Of a stretch of 64,000 bases of DNA, positions 50,031-61,431 are shown in pieces. How positions within the stretch are numbered: the first letter of the stretch is position 1; every line of letters starts with the position of its first letter. A program made the translations under genes and the position numbers. A model generated the notes under the pieces. The model was not told the origin of the DNA, did not search any database, and worked only from the letters and a program-made list of their open reading frames with translations. The stretch is from Fidelibacterota bacterium (GTDB lineage: Bacteria; Fidelibacterota; Fidelibacteria; Fidelibacterales; DSDE01), in the NCBI GenBank assembly GCA_046735395.1, contig JBJKQR010000018.1:1-64000 (forward strand). The letters are read 5' to 3'.

Positions 50031-51587
50031 TCAGACCTTGATCTCGTCTTCTCTGTCGAGGGCTTCCCGGACGGCATTGACCGCATTGAGATAGGCTTTT
50101 GCCGAGGCCTCAATAATATCGGTGCTCACACCGTGTCCGGAATAACTTTTATGTTCATCGCGGATACGGACGAATACTTCACCCATGGCTTCGCGTCCGG
50201 CTGTCACCGAGCGAACCTGGTAGGATTCGAGCTTGAATTCCGTTCCCAGAGCCCGGTCCAGGGCATTGAAGATCGCATCGACCGGGCCGTCTCCCGTGGC
50301 GGACTCGATTAATTCATCGCCATTGCTGGCAATATGTACGGTCGCCGTGGGAATAATGCGGGTCCCGGAATTGATCTGGAGATTCAGGAGATGCACCTTG
50401 CTCTGATCCAGTTCAGCCTTTTCTCCGATCAGGGCCAGCAGGTCGTCATCGAAGACTTCCTTCTTCTTGTCGGCCAGCTCGGTGAAACGGCCATACAATG
50501 TATCCAGCTCGTCCTTGCCGATTTTGTAACCCAGTTCCTTCAGACGGGCTTTCAGGCCGTGACGGCCGCTGTGCCGTCCCAGGACCAGCCGGGTCTTTTT
50601 CACGCCCACCAGTTCCGGTGTCATGATTTCGTAGGTTTCACGGTTTTTCAGCATGCCGTCCTGATGAATGCCGCTTTCATGAGAGAAGGCGTTTTCACCG
50701 ACGATGGCCTTGTTGGGCTGGACAATGATTCCCGAATATCCGCTGACCATCCGGGAGGTATTGAAGATCTCGGTGGTCCGGATGCCGGTCTGGTAATTCA
50801 GCAGATCCTTCCGGACCTTCAGGGCCATGACAATTTCCTCGAGTGAGGCATTCCCGGCCCGTTCGCCCAGTCCGTTTATCGTACATTCGACCTGACGGAC
50901 ACCGGCATCAATGGCTGCCAGACTGTTGGCCACAGCCAGTCCGAGGTCATTGTGACAATGAACGGACAATACGGCTTTGCTGATATTCGGAACCTTTTCA
51001 CGAAGAGTGCGGATTTTGGACGCGAATTCTTCGGGAAGGGTATAGCCGGTCGTATCGGGAATATTGATGATGGTGGCGCCGGCTTCTATCGCCGCTTCCA
51101 CCACTTCCGCCAGATAAGCCGGATCCGTCCGGCCCGCGTCCTCGGCCGAAAATTCCACCACATCACAGAGAGTCCGGGCATAGGCCACCGAATCCTGCGA
51201 CATCCGGATCACGGTTTCCCGTTTTTCAGCCAGGCTCTGCCCGTATTTCGCATCACTGAATTTCCCGAGAATATGGTAATCCGAGGTGGAGCTGAAGGTG
51301 TGAATGCAGGCTTTTTTCGCATCCCGCAGCGCATCCCAGGCAACCTTGATATCCTGTTCACGGGCCCGGGCAAGAGCTGCCACAGTGATACCGACTTCGG
51401 AACTGATGCGCTTGACGGCCTCAAACTGGTGGGGCGACGAGACGGGAAATCCGGCCTCAATCGTATCCACACCCAGTTTCTCGAGCTGTCTGGCGATTTC
51501 CACCTTTTCAAATACGGACAGGGAAGCTCCGGGACTTTGTTCTCCGTCCCTCAGTGTCGTATCGAAAATGATAATTCGCTCGCTCAT
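50031..51587 (-). CDS. leuA: 2-isopropylmalate synthase
   Basis: DTTLRDGEQSPG, HCHNDLG, GERAGNA, HESGIHQDG. Confidence 0.96.
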   Translation of the reverse strand: MSERIIIFDTTLRDGEQSPGASLSVFEKVEIARQLEKLGVDTIEAGFPVSSPHQFEAVKRISSEVGITVAALARAREQDIKVAWDALRDAKKACIHTFSSTSDYHILGKFSDAKYGQSLAEKRETVIRMSQDSVAYARTLCDVVEFSAEDAGRTDPAYLAEVVEAAIEAGATIINIPDTTGYTLPEEFASKIRTLREKVPNISKAVLSVHCHNDLGLAVANSLAAIDAGVRQVECTINGLGERAGNASLEEIVMALKVRKDLLNYQTGIRTTEIFNTSRMVSGYSGIIVQPNKAIVGENAFSHESGIHQDGMLKNRETYEIMTPELVGVKKTRLVLGRHSGRHGLKARLKELGYKIGKDELDTLYGRFTELADKKKEVFDDDLLALIGEKAELDQSKVHLLNLQINSGTRIIPTATVHIASNGDELIESATGDGPVDAIFNALDRALGTEFKLESYQVRSVTAGREAMGEVFVRIRDEHKSYSGHGVSTDIIEASAKAYLNAVNAVREALDREDEIKV

Positions 51588-51601
51588 GATTCTCTCTCTT
51601 T

Positions 51602-52657
51602 TTATAATTCCTCAAGTATCCGTTCGGTCATGGCTGTCGTCGTGACGGTCTGTTTTCCTTCCGACCAGATATCCCGTGTCCGGTAACCCTTCTTCAGGGC
51701 CGCGGCAATGGCATCGTCAATATTTTTACCCAGATCCGGCCGGCCGAAGCTGTGAGTGAACATCATGGCAACGGAAGCGATCATGGCGATGGGATTGGCC
51801 ATATTCTGTCCGGCGATGTCCGGTGCGGATCCGTGAACCGGTTCATACAGGGCATGTTCATCACCGAGGGAAGCGGAGGGAAGCATTCCCAGCGACCCGG
51901 TAATCTGACCGGCAATATCGGAAATAATGTCCCCGAAGAGATTTGAGGTGACGACCACATCAAACTGCCGCGGATCGCGGACGATCTGCATGGCACAGTT
52001 GTCCACGTAGAGATGACGCAGTTCCACGTCCGGATATTCCGCGGCGATTTCCGTCACGATGCCGCGCCAGAATTGCGAAACGTCCAGGACATTGGCTTTG
52101 TCCACGGAGATCAGGACCTTTTTCCGTTCCATGGCGCTTTCGAAGGCCAGGCGGACAATCCGTTCCACTTCGTGGCGTTCATAGACCATGGTATTCCAGC
52201 CACGGTCCGCATCATAACCCCGGGGTGTGCCGAAGTATATGCCGCCGGTGAGCTCGCGGAAGACAATGAAATCCGTTCCCTCGAGAACGTTTCGCTTCAG
52301 CGAGGAGCCGTCCAGAAAATCGTTATAGACCCGCGCCGGACGGATATTCGCAAAGAGTCCCAGCTCCTTGCGAATCCGCAGAAGGCCGGCTTCGGGTTTC
52401 TGATGATGGGGAAGATCTTCCCATTTATAGCCTCCCACCGCTCCGAGCAGGACTGCCTGGGATGCGCGGCAGGCCGCAACCGTTTCATCACTCAGAGGGG
52501 CGCCTTCCGCATCAATGGCGCAGCCGCCGATGAGACGCGTTTCCATGTCAATGGCCAGGCCTTCGCGATTAGCCACCTTGGACAGAACCCGGACTGCAGC
52601 TTCCATCACCTCCGGCCCGATGCCGTCGCCGGGAAGCAGAACCACTTTGTGGGTCAT
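51602..52657 (-). CDS. leuB: 3-isopropylmalate dehydrogenase
   Basis: [36 protein letters not shown]. Confidence 0.96.
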   Translation of the reverse strand: MTHKVVLLPGDGIGPEVMEAAVRVLSKVANREGLAIDMETRLIGGCAIDAEGAPLSDETVAACRASQAVLLGAVGGYKWEDLPHHQKPEAGLLRIRKELGLFANIRPARVYNDFLDGSSLKRNVLEGTDFIVFRELTGGIYFGTPRGYDADRGWNTMVYERHEVERIVRLAFESAMERKKVLISVDKANVLDVSQFWRGIVTEIAAEYPDVELRHLYVDNCAMQIVRDPRQFDVVVTSNLFGDIISDIAGQITGSLGMLPSASLGDEHALYEPVHGSAPDIAGQNMANPIAMIASVAMMFTHSFGRPDLGKNIDDAIAAALKKGYRTRDIWSEGKQTVTTTAMTERILEEL

Positions 52658-53667
52658 ACATCCACCTCTTTATGTTTGGGCTTGAGCAGCCAGCTCATCA
52701 TGCCACGCAGGGCCGAACCGGTTTTTTCGATGGGGTGGGCAGCGGTCTTTTTTCTCAGAACATCCAGATTCGGCTGTCCTTCCTCATTTTCCTTAATCCA
52801 TTCCTTTGCAAAGGATCCTGTCTGAATTTCGGTGAGAACCGCTTTCATGGCTTTTTTGCTTTCTTCGGTGATAATGCGCGGGCCGCGGGTGAGTCCGCCG
52901 TATTCGGCCGTATCGCTCACGCTGTGGTTCATGCGGGCCAGTCCGCCTTCATAATACAGATCAACGATGAGTTTCAGTTCATGCATACATTCGAAATAAG
53001 CAAGTTCGGGAGGATATCCGCCTTCGACCAGCGTTTCGAAACCGGCTTTGACCAGTTCGGCAGATCCGCCGCAGAGTACGGCCTGTTCACCGAAAAGATC
53101 GGTTTCCGTTTCGTCCTTGAAATTTGTTTCAATGACGCCGGCGCGGGTTCCGCCGATGCCTTTTGCCCAGGCCAGAGCCATGTCCAGCGTATTGCCGCTG
53201 AAATCCTGATGAATTGCGATGAGGCAGGGAACGCCATTTCCTTCCACGAAGGTACGGCGAACCAGGTGTCCCGGGCTCTTGGGGGCAATCATCATCACAT
53301 TCACGTCTTCCGGAGGCACGATCTGGCCATAGTGAATATTGAAACCGTGAGCAAAGACGAGCGTGTCTCCCTTTTTCAGCCAGGGCGCAACCTGGGCGTC
53401 ATACACGGATTTCTGAGTCTGGTCCGGAAGCAGCATCATGATGGTATCTGCCCATTTGACCGCCGATTCCACATCCATGACTTCCAGACCGGCGTCTTCC
53501 GCCTTCTTCCAGGATGCGCTGCTGCTGCGCAGGCCTACCCGCACGTTCAGTCCGCTTTCCTTCAGGTTCAGTGAATGGGCATGGCCCTGGGATCCGAAAC
53601 CCAGTACGGCGATTTTTTTGTTTTTCAGGCTGTCCAGAGACGCCTCGGAATCATAAAATACTTTCAT
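52654..53667 (-). CDS. ilvC: Ketol-acid reductoisomerase
   Basis: [28 protein letters not shown]. Confidence 0.97.
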   Translation of the reverse strand: MKVFYDSEASLDSLKNKKIAVLGFGSQGHAHSLNLKESGLNVRVGLRSSSASWKKAEDAGLEVMDVESAVKWADTIMMLLPDQTQKSVYDAQVAPWLKKGDTLVFAHGFNIHYGQIVPPEDVNVMMIAPKSPGHLVRRTFVEGNGVPCLIAIHQDFSGNTLDMALAWAKGIGGTRAGVIETNFKDETETDLFGEQAVLCGGSAELVKAGFETLVEGGYPPELAYFECMHELKLIVDLYYEGGLARMNHSVSDTAEYGGLTRGPRIITEESKKAMKAVLTEIQTGSFAKEWIKENEEGQPNLDVLRKKTAAHPIEKTGSALRGMMSWLLKPKHKEVDV

Positions 53668-53675
53668 CTCAACTC

Positions 53676-54197
53676 CTATAAGGTTAATGTGTCCAAATCA
53701 TCTTTCAACTGTTTCATCTGTTCTCCGCGACGCAGAGCGACCACGCCGGAGCGGGCCATTTCCACGATGCCGTAGGGCATGAGAACATTCACGGCTGCAT
53801 TGATCTTGTCGGGCGGGCCGGTCATCTCAATCATCATGCTGCGGTTATTGATGTCCACAATAATACCCCTGAATATATCACAGATATTTTTGATGACATC
53901 CAGCGTATGTTTCTGATAATTCACCTTGATCAGCGCCATTTCCCGCTCTACCGAATCCACGTCCGTCAGATCACGGACCTTTACCGTATCCACGAGCCGG
54001 TTGAGCTGCTTGACCACCTGATCCACGACCTGTTCGTCGCCGGTGGTGACGATGGTCATTCGGGCCAGATCCCGTACTTCCGTTTCACCGATGGTAATGC
54101 TTCGGAGTCGGAATCCCTTGGCGGAAAACATGGTGGCCACCCGGTCAAAGGCGCCGAACTTGTTTTCCACGAGAAGACTGATAGTGTGTTTTTTCAT
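53676..54197 (-). CDS. ilvN: Acetolactate synthase small subunit
   Basis: ACT domain, [22 protein letters not shown]; operon position. Confidence 0.93.
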   Translation of the reverse strand: MKKHTISLLVENKFGAFDRVATMFSAKGFRLRSITIGETEVRDLARMTIVTTGDEQVVDQVVKQLNRLVDTVKVRDLTDVDSVEREMALIKVNYQKHTLDVIKNICDIFRGIIVDINNRSMMIEMTGPPDKINAAVNVLMPYGIVEMARSGVVALRRGEQMKQLKDDLDTLTL

Positions 54198-54210
54198 GGT
54201 TGGCTCCTTT

Positions 54211-55917
54211 CTATTTCTGAACCCGGGTCAACATGTCGGAAATGGAGGCTCCTGCCGGGACCATAGGGTAGACCATGTCCTCCTTTACCACCTTGAATTC
54301 CATGAGCACAGGCCCGTCATTCATGGCAAGTCCCTTGTCCAGGAGTGAATCCGCCGCGTCCGGCGTGTCCGCGGAAAAAGCCGGAATACCCAGTGCTTCC
54401 GCCACTTTTACAAAATCCGGGTTGCTGGGGCCCAGATCGGTAAAACTGTATTTTTCGGCATGGAAGAGTTCCTGCCACTGTCGGACCATTCCCAGAAAAC
54501 TGTTGTTCAGGATGACGAATTTCACCGGAAGTTTATAGTACACGGCCGTGATCAGTTCCTGAATGTTCATCTGAAAACCTCCGTCGCCGCTGATGGAAAT
54601 GACCGTGGAACCCGGTTTGCCGAAGGCTGCGCCGATGGATGCGGGAACCGAGAATCCCATGGTCCCCAGGCCGCCGCTGGACAGCAGAGAGCGGGGATGG
54701 ACGAATTTATAGTACTGGGCCGTCCACATCTGGTTCTGACCCACATCCGACACGATGATGGCTTCGCCCTTTGTCTTTTCGGACAGCTTCTCAATAATGT
54801 ATTCACTGCGCAGGCTGCCGTCCTCTTCATAATTCAGAGGGCAGGCTTCCCGCCATTTCTGAATCTGTTCCAGCCATTCAGTGCGTGGCCGGTTTTCCTG
54901 AAGAAAGGGCAGCATATCCGCCATGATTCCCCTCACATCCCCCACGATGGGCAGATCAATAATCACATTCTTATTGATGGCGGCCGGGTCTATATCCACA
55001 TGAATTTTATAGGCGTCCCGGGCAAAGGTATCCACTTTTCCGGTCACCCGGTCATCAAAGCGGGCGCCGAGCGCAACCAGCACATCACAGCTGTTGACAG
55101 CCTGATTTGCCCAGTACATGCCGTGCATGCCCAGCATGCCCATGGAGAGCGGATGTGTACCCGGAAAGGCACCCAGCCCCTGAAGGGTCATGGTTACCGG
55201 GATATTCGCCTTGATGGCCAGATCCCGCAGCTCCTGGGCTCCATTGCTGCCGATAACGCCGCCGCCCACGTAGAGCAGGGGCCGTTTGGCTTCATTGATA
55301 ATTTTCGCTGCTTTCCTGATCTGGTTGATGTGGCCGGTCATGCTCGGTTTATAGCCGCGAATATCTATCACTTCATTATCGGAGGGATCGTAGGCTGTTT
55401 CCGCGGCGATCATATCCTTGGGCAGATCCACGACGACAGGTCCCGGCCTCCCGGTGGAGGCGATGTAGAAGGCCTTGCGGATAATCCGGGCAAAATCTTC
55501 CACGTTCCGGACCAGAAAGCTGTGTTTGGTAATGGGCCGGGTGATGCCGACAATATCGGCCTCCTGAAAGGCGTCATTACCGATCAGCTGGCTCGACACC
55601 TGCCCGGTAAAGACGACCAGGGGTGAGGAATCCATGAAGGCATTGGCGATGCCGGTTACCGTATTAGTGGCGCCGGGGCCGGACGTAACCAGCACGACGC
55701 CGGTCTTTCCGGTCGCTTTCGCGTAGCCTTCCGCCATATGCACTGCTCCCTGCTCGTGCCGGGAAAGGACGTGGCGTATTCCTGTAATGTCGTAGAGCTT
55801 TTCGTATATCTTCAGGGTTGCCCCGCCGGGATAGCCGAAGATAAACTCCACATTTTCGCGCTTCAAACCTTCAAAGAAGATGTCCGCGCCGCTGAGTTTC
55901 CGCTTTTCTCTGCTCAT
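54211..55917 (-). CDS. ilvB: Acetolactate synthase large subunit
   Basis: FGYPGG, RHEQGA, TSGPGATN, GDGGFQMN; start at MSREKR. Confidence 0.96.
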   Translation of the reverse strand: MSREKRKLSGADIFFEGLKRENVEFIFGYPGGATLKIYEKLYDITGIRHVLSRHEQGAVHMAEGYAKATGKTGVVLVTSGPGATNTVTGIANAFMDSSPLVVFTGQVSSQLIGNDAFQEADIVGITRPITKHSFLVRNVEDFARIIRKAFYIASTGRPGPVVVDLPKDMIAAETAYDPSDNEVIDIRGYKPSMTGHINQIRKAAKIINEAKRPLLYVGGGVIGSNGAQELRDLAIKANIPVTMTLQGLGAFPGTHPLSMGMLGMHGMYWANQAVNSCDVLVALGARFDDRVTGKVDTFARDAYKIHVDIDPAAINKNVIIDLPIVGDVRGIMADMLPFLQENRPRTEWLEQIQKWREACPLNYEEDGSLRSEYIIEKLSEKTKGEAIIVSDVGQNQMWTAQYYKFVHPRSLLSSGGLGTMGFSVPASIGAAFGKPGSTVISISGDGGFQMNIQELITAVYYKLPVKFVILNNSFLGMVRQWQELFHAEKYSFTDLGPSNPDFVKVAEALGIPAFSADTPDAADSLLDKGLAMNDGPVLMEFKVVKEDMVYPMVPAGASISDMLTRVQK

Positions 55918-55927
55918 GGCTCTATCC

Positions 55928-57640
55928 TTATCTGTTCGTTTTCGGGTCTGAATTATCAAAGGCCCCGTCATTCAGGACCGCTCCCGTATTTGCCGAGGTC
56001 ACCATGCGGGCATAGCGGCTCAGATAGCCTCTGCGAATCTTGGGGACAAAGGGAGGAACGGAGGCCAACCGGCTCTGCAGTTCCTCATCGGACAGGCGCA
56101 CATTCAGCGTCTTTTCCGGAATATTCAACGCAATGATATCGCCGTTTCGAAGGGCTGCCAGCGGACCTCTGTCCGCTGCTTCCGGGGAAACATGGCCGAT
56201 GCAGGCGCCGCGCGTTCCACCGGAGAAGCGACCGTCGGTAATCAGCGCAACGCTGTCTCCCAGCCCCATGCCCATGATGGCTGAAGTGGGTGACAGCATC
56301 TCCGGCATACCAGGGCCGCCCTTCGGTCCCTCATAGCGGATGACCACTACGTCACCGGCTCTGACTTCTCCCCCCATGATTCCTTCCAGCGCTTCATCCT
56401 GGCTGTCATAGATACGGGCCGGACCTTCATGCGCCATCATCTTCGGATCCACGGCTCCCGTCTTGACCACTGCTCCCAGAGGTGCCAGATTGCCGAAAAG
56501 AACGGCCAGGCCGCCGGTCTGTGAATAGGGATTGTCCAGCCGGCGGATGATCTTATCATCGCGGATTTCGGAGTTCATATAATTTTCAGCCAGTGTCCTG
56601 CCGGTAACAGTCGGCAGATCCGGGACCAGAATGCCCGGTTTACGGGACAGTTCCATCAGAATGGCCGACACGCCTCCCGCCCGATCCACGTCCTCCATAT
56701 GGACGAAGGGAGTGGAAGGGCTCACCTTACATAGATAGGGAACCCGGGAGGCCAGGTCGTTCAACTCGTGGAGATCTATCGATATGCCGGCTTCGTGGGC
56801 AATGGCCAGCCCGTGGAGAATGGTATTTGTGCTGCCTCCCATGGCCATATCGAGGGCAAAGGCGTTCATGAATGCTTCCCGGTTCAGAATATCTGCCGGA
56901 CGAACATTTCTTTCAATCAGGTCCATAATCTGGCGTCCGGCCGCTTCTCCCAGGGTAAGACGGCGTCCGTCAGCCGCCGGAACCGTACCGTTTCCGGGAA
57001 AGGCAAGCCCCAGGGCTTCCATCAGGCAGTTCATGCTGTTCGCCGTGAACATGCCGGAACAGGAACCGCAGCCCGGACAGGCCCGGGTTTCCAGTTCGAA
57101 TAATTCATCTTCCGTGATATGGTTTGTCTGAAACTGCCCCACGCCTTCGAAGACGGAGATCAGGTCTATTTTTCTGCCGTCGGCGGCCGTTCCGGCCAGC
57201 ATGGGGCCTCCCGAAACAAATACAGTGGGAATATTGAGACGAACCGCAGCCATGATCATGCCCGGAGTGATCTTGTCGCAATTGGGAATGCAGACCAGGC
57301 CGTCCAGGCGATGGGCTTCGGCCACGGTTTCCACCGAGTCGGCAATCAGTTCACGGCTGGCCAGGGAGTAGCGCATACCCGGATGTCCCATGGCGATGCC
57401 GTCATCCACGCCGATAGTGTTGAACTCAAAGGGTACACCGCCGGCTTCCCGAATGGACTGCTTCACGGTCCTGGCAAAGTCCTGCAGATGAACATGTCCG
57501 GGAATGAGTTCAACAAAGGAATTTACGACACCGATGAAAGGCTTGTCAAAATCCGCCTCGTCCCGGATGATTCCCGTTGCCCTAAGCAGACTCCGGTGCG
57601 GTGCCTTCTCGTATCCCTTTTTGACCAGATCTGAACGCAT
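55928..57640 (-). CDS. ilvD: Dihydroxy-acid dehydratase
   Basis: [38 protein letters not shown]. Confidence 0.97.
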   Translation of the reverse strand: MRSDLVKKGYEKAPHRSLLRATGIIRDEADFDKPFIGVVNSFVELIPGHVHLQDFARTVKQSIREAGGVPFEFNTIGVDDGIAMGHPGMRYSLASRELIADSVETVAEAHRLDGLVCIPNCDKITPGMIMAAVRLNIPTVFVSGGPMLAGTAADGRKIDLISVFEGVGQFQTNHITEDELFELETRACPGCGSCSGMFTANSMNCLMEALGLAFPGNGTVPAADGRRLTLGEAAGRQIMDLIERNVRPADILNREAFMNAFALDMAMGGSTNTILHGLAIAHEAGISIDLHELNDLASRVPYLCKVSPSTPFVHMEDVDRAGGVSAILMELSRKPGILVPDLPTVTGRTLAENYMNSEIRDDKIIRRLDNPYSQTGGLAVLFGNLAPLGAVVKTGAVDPKMMAHEGPARIYDSQDEALEGIMGGEVRAGDVVVIRYEGPKGGPGMPEMLSPTSAIMGMGLGDSVALITDGRFSGGTRGACIGHVSPEAADRGPLAALRNGDIIALNIPEKTLNVRLSDEELQSRLASVPPFVPKIRRGYLSRYARMVTSANTGAVLNDGAFDNSDPKTNR

Positions 57641-57748
57641 TTTGTCTCCTTTTCAGGTTAATTCAGACATGTAACATCCGCTTTCCGGTCAACCCCGATT
57701 TCTTATTTATGTTTGTTTTGAAATGTTTTCTGGGATTGACCGACTGTA

Positions 57749-57904
57749 TCAGCTGATAATTAGAATCAGGCCGATAATAATCAGGGTAATCTCCAGATGC
57801 TCTATAATATCTGAATGGAAATGTGTGCTGAACGCAGGAGCATGTGCCCATTCCGAACAGCCTCTGTGCTGTCTTGCGGAATATGTCGTGAAGGTCGATT
57901 TCAC
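57749..57904 (-). CDS. Putative ilv-leu leader peptide (51 aa, GTG start)
   Basis: AGGAG RBS 5 nt before GTG; C-terminus IIEHLEITLIIIGLILIIS (9 Ile and 4 Leu in 19 codons); lies between the promoter and ilvD. Confidence 0.6.
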   Translation of the reverse strand: MKSTFTTYSARQHRGCSEWAHAPAFSTHFHSDIIEHLEITLIIIGLILIIS

Positions 57905-57925
57905 ATTTTCTCCTGTGTATGCATA

Positions 57926-57954
57926 AACATACGAGAAAGTGAAATTCATGTCAA
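57926..57954 (-). promoter_or_regulatory. Sigma70-type promoter of the ilv-leu operon
   Basis: TTGACA-N17-TATGTT on the minus strand. Confidence 0.65.
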
Positions 57955-58190
57955 GCTTTAATTAGTTCACACAGTGAATTTTCTACAAATAGAAACACAA
58001 CCTGAAGGAAAAATCGGCCGATTGCCGTGAAATCCGGCCGGATTTTATTTAGTAGCAGTTTGAAAATCTCTGTATTAACTTTAAGTGAAAGGTGTAAGTA
58101 TGCTGATAATAAGGAGAAAATTGGTCTTGATAATGGCGAAATCGGAATTATATCAGATCAATAGGTATTCCGGAATTTTGCAGAGACACA

Positions 58191-60554
58191 ATGCCCTATC
58201 AATTTGACAATCTGAAGCGCGGACTCATTAATAAGAGAACACTGCGGTCCATTGTTGTTATTTTCATCGTGATGGTCGTCGCAGCTACCGCCTTTTCCTG
58301 GATGTTCGAACGCTATGTTCTGTCCAAGGCGGAAGAAAACATCACCAGTCTGCTGCTGTCTCAGATGGGTGTGCATGATTATATTCAGGAAATACTGATT
58401 CCGGCAACGACGAAATTTCAGGAGGAGGGCCGGATTGATTCGGATTTTTATGCGCCGGAACTTATGTCCTCATCCTATTTTGTCAGGAATCAGCATGCCT
58501 TCTACAATCTGGAGCGCAAGAAAGCCGGGTATCCGGAATTATACTACAAAATGGCGGCAAACAATCCGCGGAATCCGATTAATAAGGCTGATTCTCTGGA
58601 AGCGAAACTGATTGAAATGTTCAATACGCATCGGGATATCAAATCCTACAAGCATATTACGACCATCGACGGGCAGAGGGTTCTCTATGTCGCGCTCCCC
58701 TTTCTGCAGAATACAAAGGAATGCCTGAAATGTCATGGCAATCGGGAAGATGCACCGCTGGAACTGCAGCGACGCTATCCCGGTGAAGGCGGTTTCAATG
58801 AACGGATCGGCGAAATCCGTGCTATCACTTCGATCCGCGCGCCTCTGGAACATGAATTTTCCAGTATCTATACCATCGCCATTGCCATTTTTGCGGGCAG
58901 TCTGGCTTTTGCAGGCCTGGTGTTTTTCAATACACGGCTGAGAACACGGGTTCAGAGGGATACAAAAAATCTGGAAAAGGAAATCGCGGAACGCATCAAT
59001 GCGGAAGCTACTCTCAAGGAAAATCGCAACACCCTTAAGCAGATTCTGGATACAACCCTCCAGTCCATATTCTGGAAGGATATGGAAGGACGGTATCTGG
59101 GCTGTAACAAAGTCTTCGCCCGGGCCATCGGTTATGATGATCCGGAAGAAATTATCGGAAAAACTGATTTTGAATTGCCCTGGCCGCGCCAGGAGGCAGA
59201 GGCGTATCGAGCTGACGACCATGAAGTCATGCGCAGCAACAAACCCAAAGTTCACATCATCGAACCGCTTCAGCAGGCAGATGGAACACGCCTCTGGGTG
59301 GATACGACCAAAGTGCCCCTCCATACGGACAGCGGAGACGTGTATGGAGTACTCGGTGTCCTGGAGGATATTACGGAAAGGAAGCAGGCAGAGGAAGACC
59401 GGAAGGATCTGGAAAAACGGCTGCAGCAGGCCCAGAAAATGGAAGCTATCGGCACACTGGCCGGTGGAATCGCTCACGATTTCAATAATATTCTGTCCGT
59501 TATCTTCGGATATACGGAGTATGCCATCGATGAAACGGATATGGACAAGCGTACCAAGCAGCTGAAGCAGATTAAAAAAGGCGCTGAACGGGCCCGGGAT
59601 CTGGTAAAACAGATACTGACCTTCAGCCGGCGCGTGGACCAGTCCAAGCATCCCGTGGAAATTTCGCTCATTATCAAGGAATCCCTGAAAATGCTGCGCA
59701 GCTCCATCCCCACGACCATTGACATTGTGGAGGATATTGCCCATACCGGAGCTGTTATGGCTGATCCGACCCAGATCAATCAGGTCATCATGAACCTCTG
59801 TATCAATGCCTACCACGCCATGCGTGAGAGGGGCGGGACTCTCAGTGTCATGGTGTGCGAACGGGAAATCCATGATGGCGACGGGGAAAGCAGCCACATT
59901 GCCCCGGGCCGCTATGCCAGGCTCATCGTAGCCGATACGGGGACAGGGATCCCGGCTGATATCCGGGACCGGATTTTCGAACCCTATTTCACAACCAAGT
60001 CCGACGGCGAAGGAACAGGCCTCGGACTGGCAGTCGTGCATGGAATTGTTTCCAGTCACGGAGGATATATATCCATTGACAGCGAAGCCAACAAAGGTAC
60101 ACAGGTTACTGTCCATTTACCCGTTCACGGTGACAGGGCGGAAACCGCGGGAAGTGAAGAATTTCCTGATGCACCGGCCGGGTCCGGTGAACGGGTTCTC
60201 ATCATTGATGATGAAGTCCTCGTCACCGAGATTATCAGTCTGCACCTGTCAAAAAATGGCTACCAGGTGACAGTATACAATAACGCGGTTCAGGCGCTGG
60301 AAGATTTCAGGCTGCATCCTGAACGCTTCGATCTCATCATCACCGATATGACGATGCCCTATATGACCGGTGCCGAATTTTCACAGAAAGCCCTGGGAAT
60401 CCGTCCCGATATCCCTATCATACTCTGTACCGGCCAGAGTGATATCATCAACCGCCGGAAGGCCATGGCCATGGGGGTTGCCGTGTATCTCACCAAGCCC
60501 ATTCTGAAGTACGATCTGCTCATTGCAACCCAGAAGGCGCTGCAAAAGACATAA
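58191..60554 (+). CDS. Hybrid sensor kinase with periplasmic c-type heme (DUF3365/Tll0287-like) domain
   Basis: NPRNPINKAD and CLKCH between two TM helices; PAS; AGGIAHDFNN; receiver domain. Confidence 0.9.
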   Translation: MPYQFDNLKRGLINKRTLRSIVVIFIVMVVAATAFSWMFERYVLSKAEENITSLLLSQMGVHDYIQEILIPATTKFQEEGRIDSDFYAPELMSSSYFVRNQHAFYNLERKKAGYPELYYKMAANNPRNPINKADSLEAKLIEMFNTHRDIKSYKHITTIDGQRVLYVALPFLQNTKECLKCHGNREDAPLELQRRYPGEGGFNERIGEIRAITSIRAPLEHEFSSIYTIAIAIFAGSLAFAGLVFFNTRLRTRVQRDTKNLEKEIAERINAEATLKENRNTLKQILDTTLQSIFWKDMEGRYLGCNKVFARAIGYDDPEEIIGKTDFELPWPRQEAEAYRADDHEVMRSNKPKVHIIEPLQQADGTRLWVDTTKVPLHTDSGDVYGVLGVLEDITERKQAEEDRKDLEKRLQQAQKMEAIGTLAGGIAHDFNNILSVIFGYTEYAIDETDMDKRTKQLKQIKKGAERARDLVKQILTFSRRVDQSKHPVEISLIIKESLKMLRSSIPTTIDIVEDIAHTGAVMADPTQINQVIMNLCINAYHAMRERGGTLSVMVCEREIHDGDGESSHIAPGRYARLIVADTGTGIPADIRDRIFEPYFTTKSDGEGTGLGLAVVHGIVSSHGGYISIDSEANKGTQVTVHLPVHGDRAETAGSEEFPDAPAGSGERVLIIDDEVLVTEIISLHLSKNGYQVTVYNNAVQALEDFRLHPERFDLIITDMTMPYMTGAEFSQKALGIRPDIPIILCTGQSDIINRRKAMAMGVAVYLTKPILKYDLLIATQKALQKT

Positions 60555-60758
60555 GTTCCGCAATTTTCGCGTTTTTTATACAGATATAAGATTAAAACTG
60601 CCAGGTTTAAAAAAAACAGGTGGCGCAATGCATCTACTTCCTTATATTTCATTGAGTTAAATTATCAGGATTCTGGAATGCGTTGGAAAAGATGAAAATA
60701 TCAGTGTTTTGCTGCGGATACGTGGCTTTTGATAAGCTGAAGGCTAAGGGAGGACAGG

Positions 60759-61160
60759 ATGAAAAAGTCAGGATATATCATGGTTGCCGTGCTGTCTGCA
60801 ATCGTATTGATTACATGTTCAACGCCCGAATCTCCGTCACTTGACAGTCTGAACGGGACGTTTGAGGGACATCTTACATTATTCGATACATCCGGAGTCC
60901 GCCTGATGAGCGGAAAGATTTTTCTGTCCCGAAATGACACGACCATATTGGGCGGATCGTGGCGTCTGAATCGTGACGGCGGAACCCTGATTGGTTCAAT
61001 GGACGGAACCAGTCTCCGGATCTCCCTTAATCCGAATATGATTGATGATAATACCTGGCTGTATGGTGAGCGGTCCGGTGAAAAAATCAGCGGAAGCTGG
61101 CAGCATGCCGGTATTATGGGCGTGGACCGCAGCGGAAGCTTTACGGCGGTGAGGTATTAA
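60759..61160 (+). CDS. Hypothetical lipoprotein
   Basis: Signal peptide with LITC lipobox; repeated G.W beta motifs. Confidence 0.7.
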   Translation: MKKSGYIMVAVLSAIVLITCSTPESPSLDSLNGTFEGHLTLFDTSGVRLMSGKIFLSRNDTTILGGSWRLNRDGGTLIGSMDGTSLRISLNPNMIDDNTWLYGERSGEKISGSWQHAGIMGVDRSGSFTAVRY

Positions 61161-61353
61161 TGATTCCCAAATCATTTTTTTTATAATCCCGCGTAATTCC
61201 GTCGGGAGATACAGAATCTGAAACTGAACACCAATTCAGTTCGGACCATTTCCATAGGAAATAAACGCGGATTAATCCTGAAAATCTGTGATGATTGCAA
61301 ATGATTGTCGGCCGCTGACAGGCAAGAATGCATGCACAATAGTTGTTTATATG

Positions 61354-61373
61354 ATTGTTGTGAATACAACAAT
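61354..61373. promoter_or_regulatory. Candidate operator palindrome
   Basis: attgttgt-gaat-acaacaat upstream of the SGNH gene. Confidence 0.45.
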
Positions 61374-61431
61374 TGTAATTAAACATGGTATTTATTAAAG
61401 TACATTTAAGAATTGTCGAAGGAGCAGGGAA

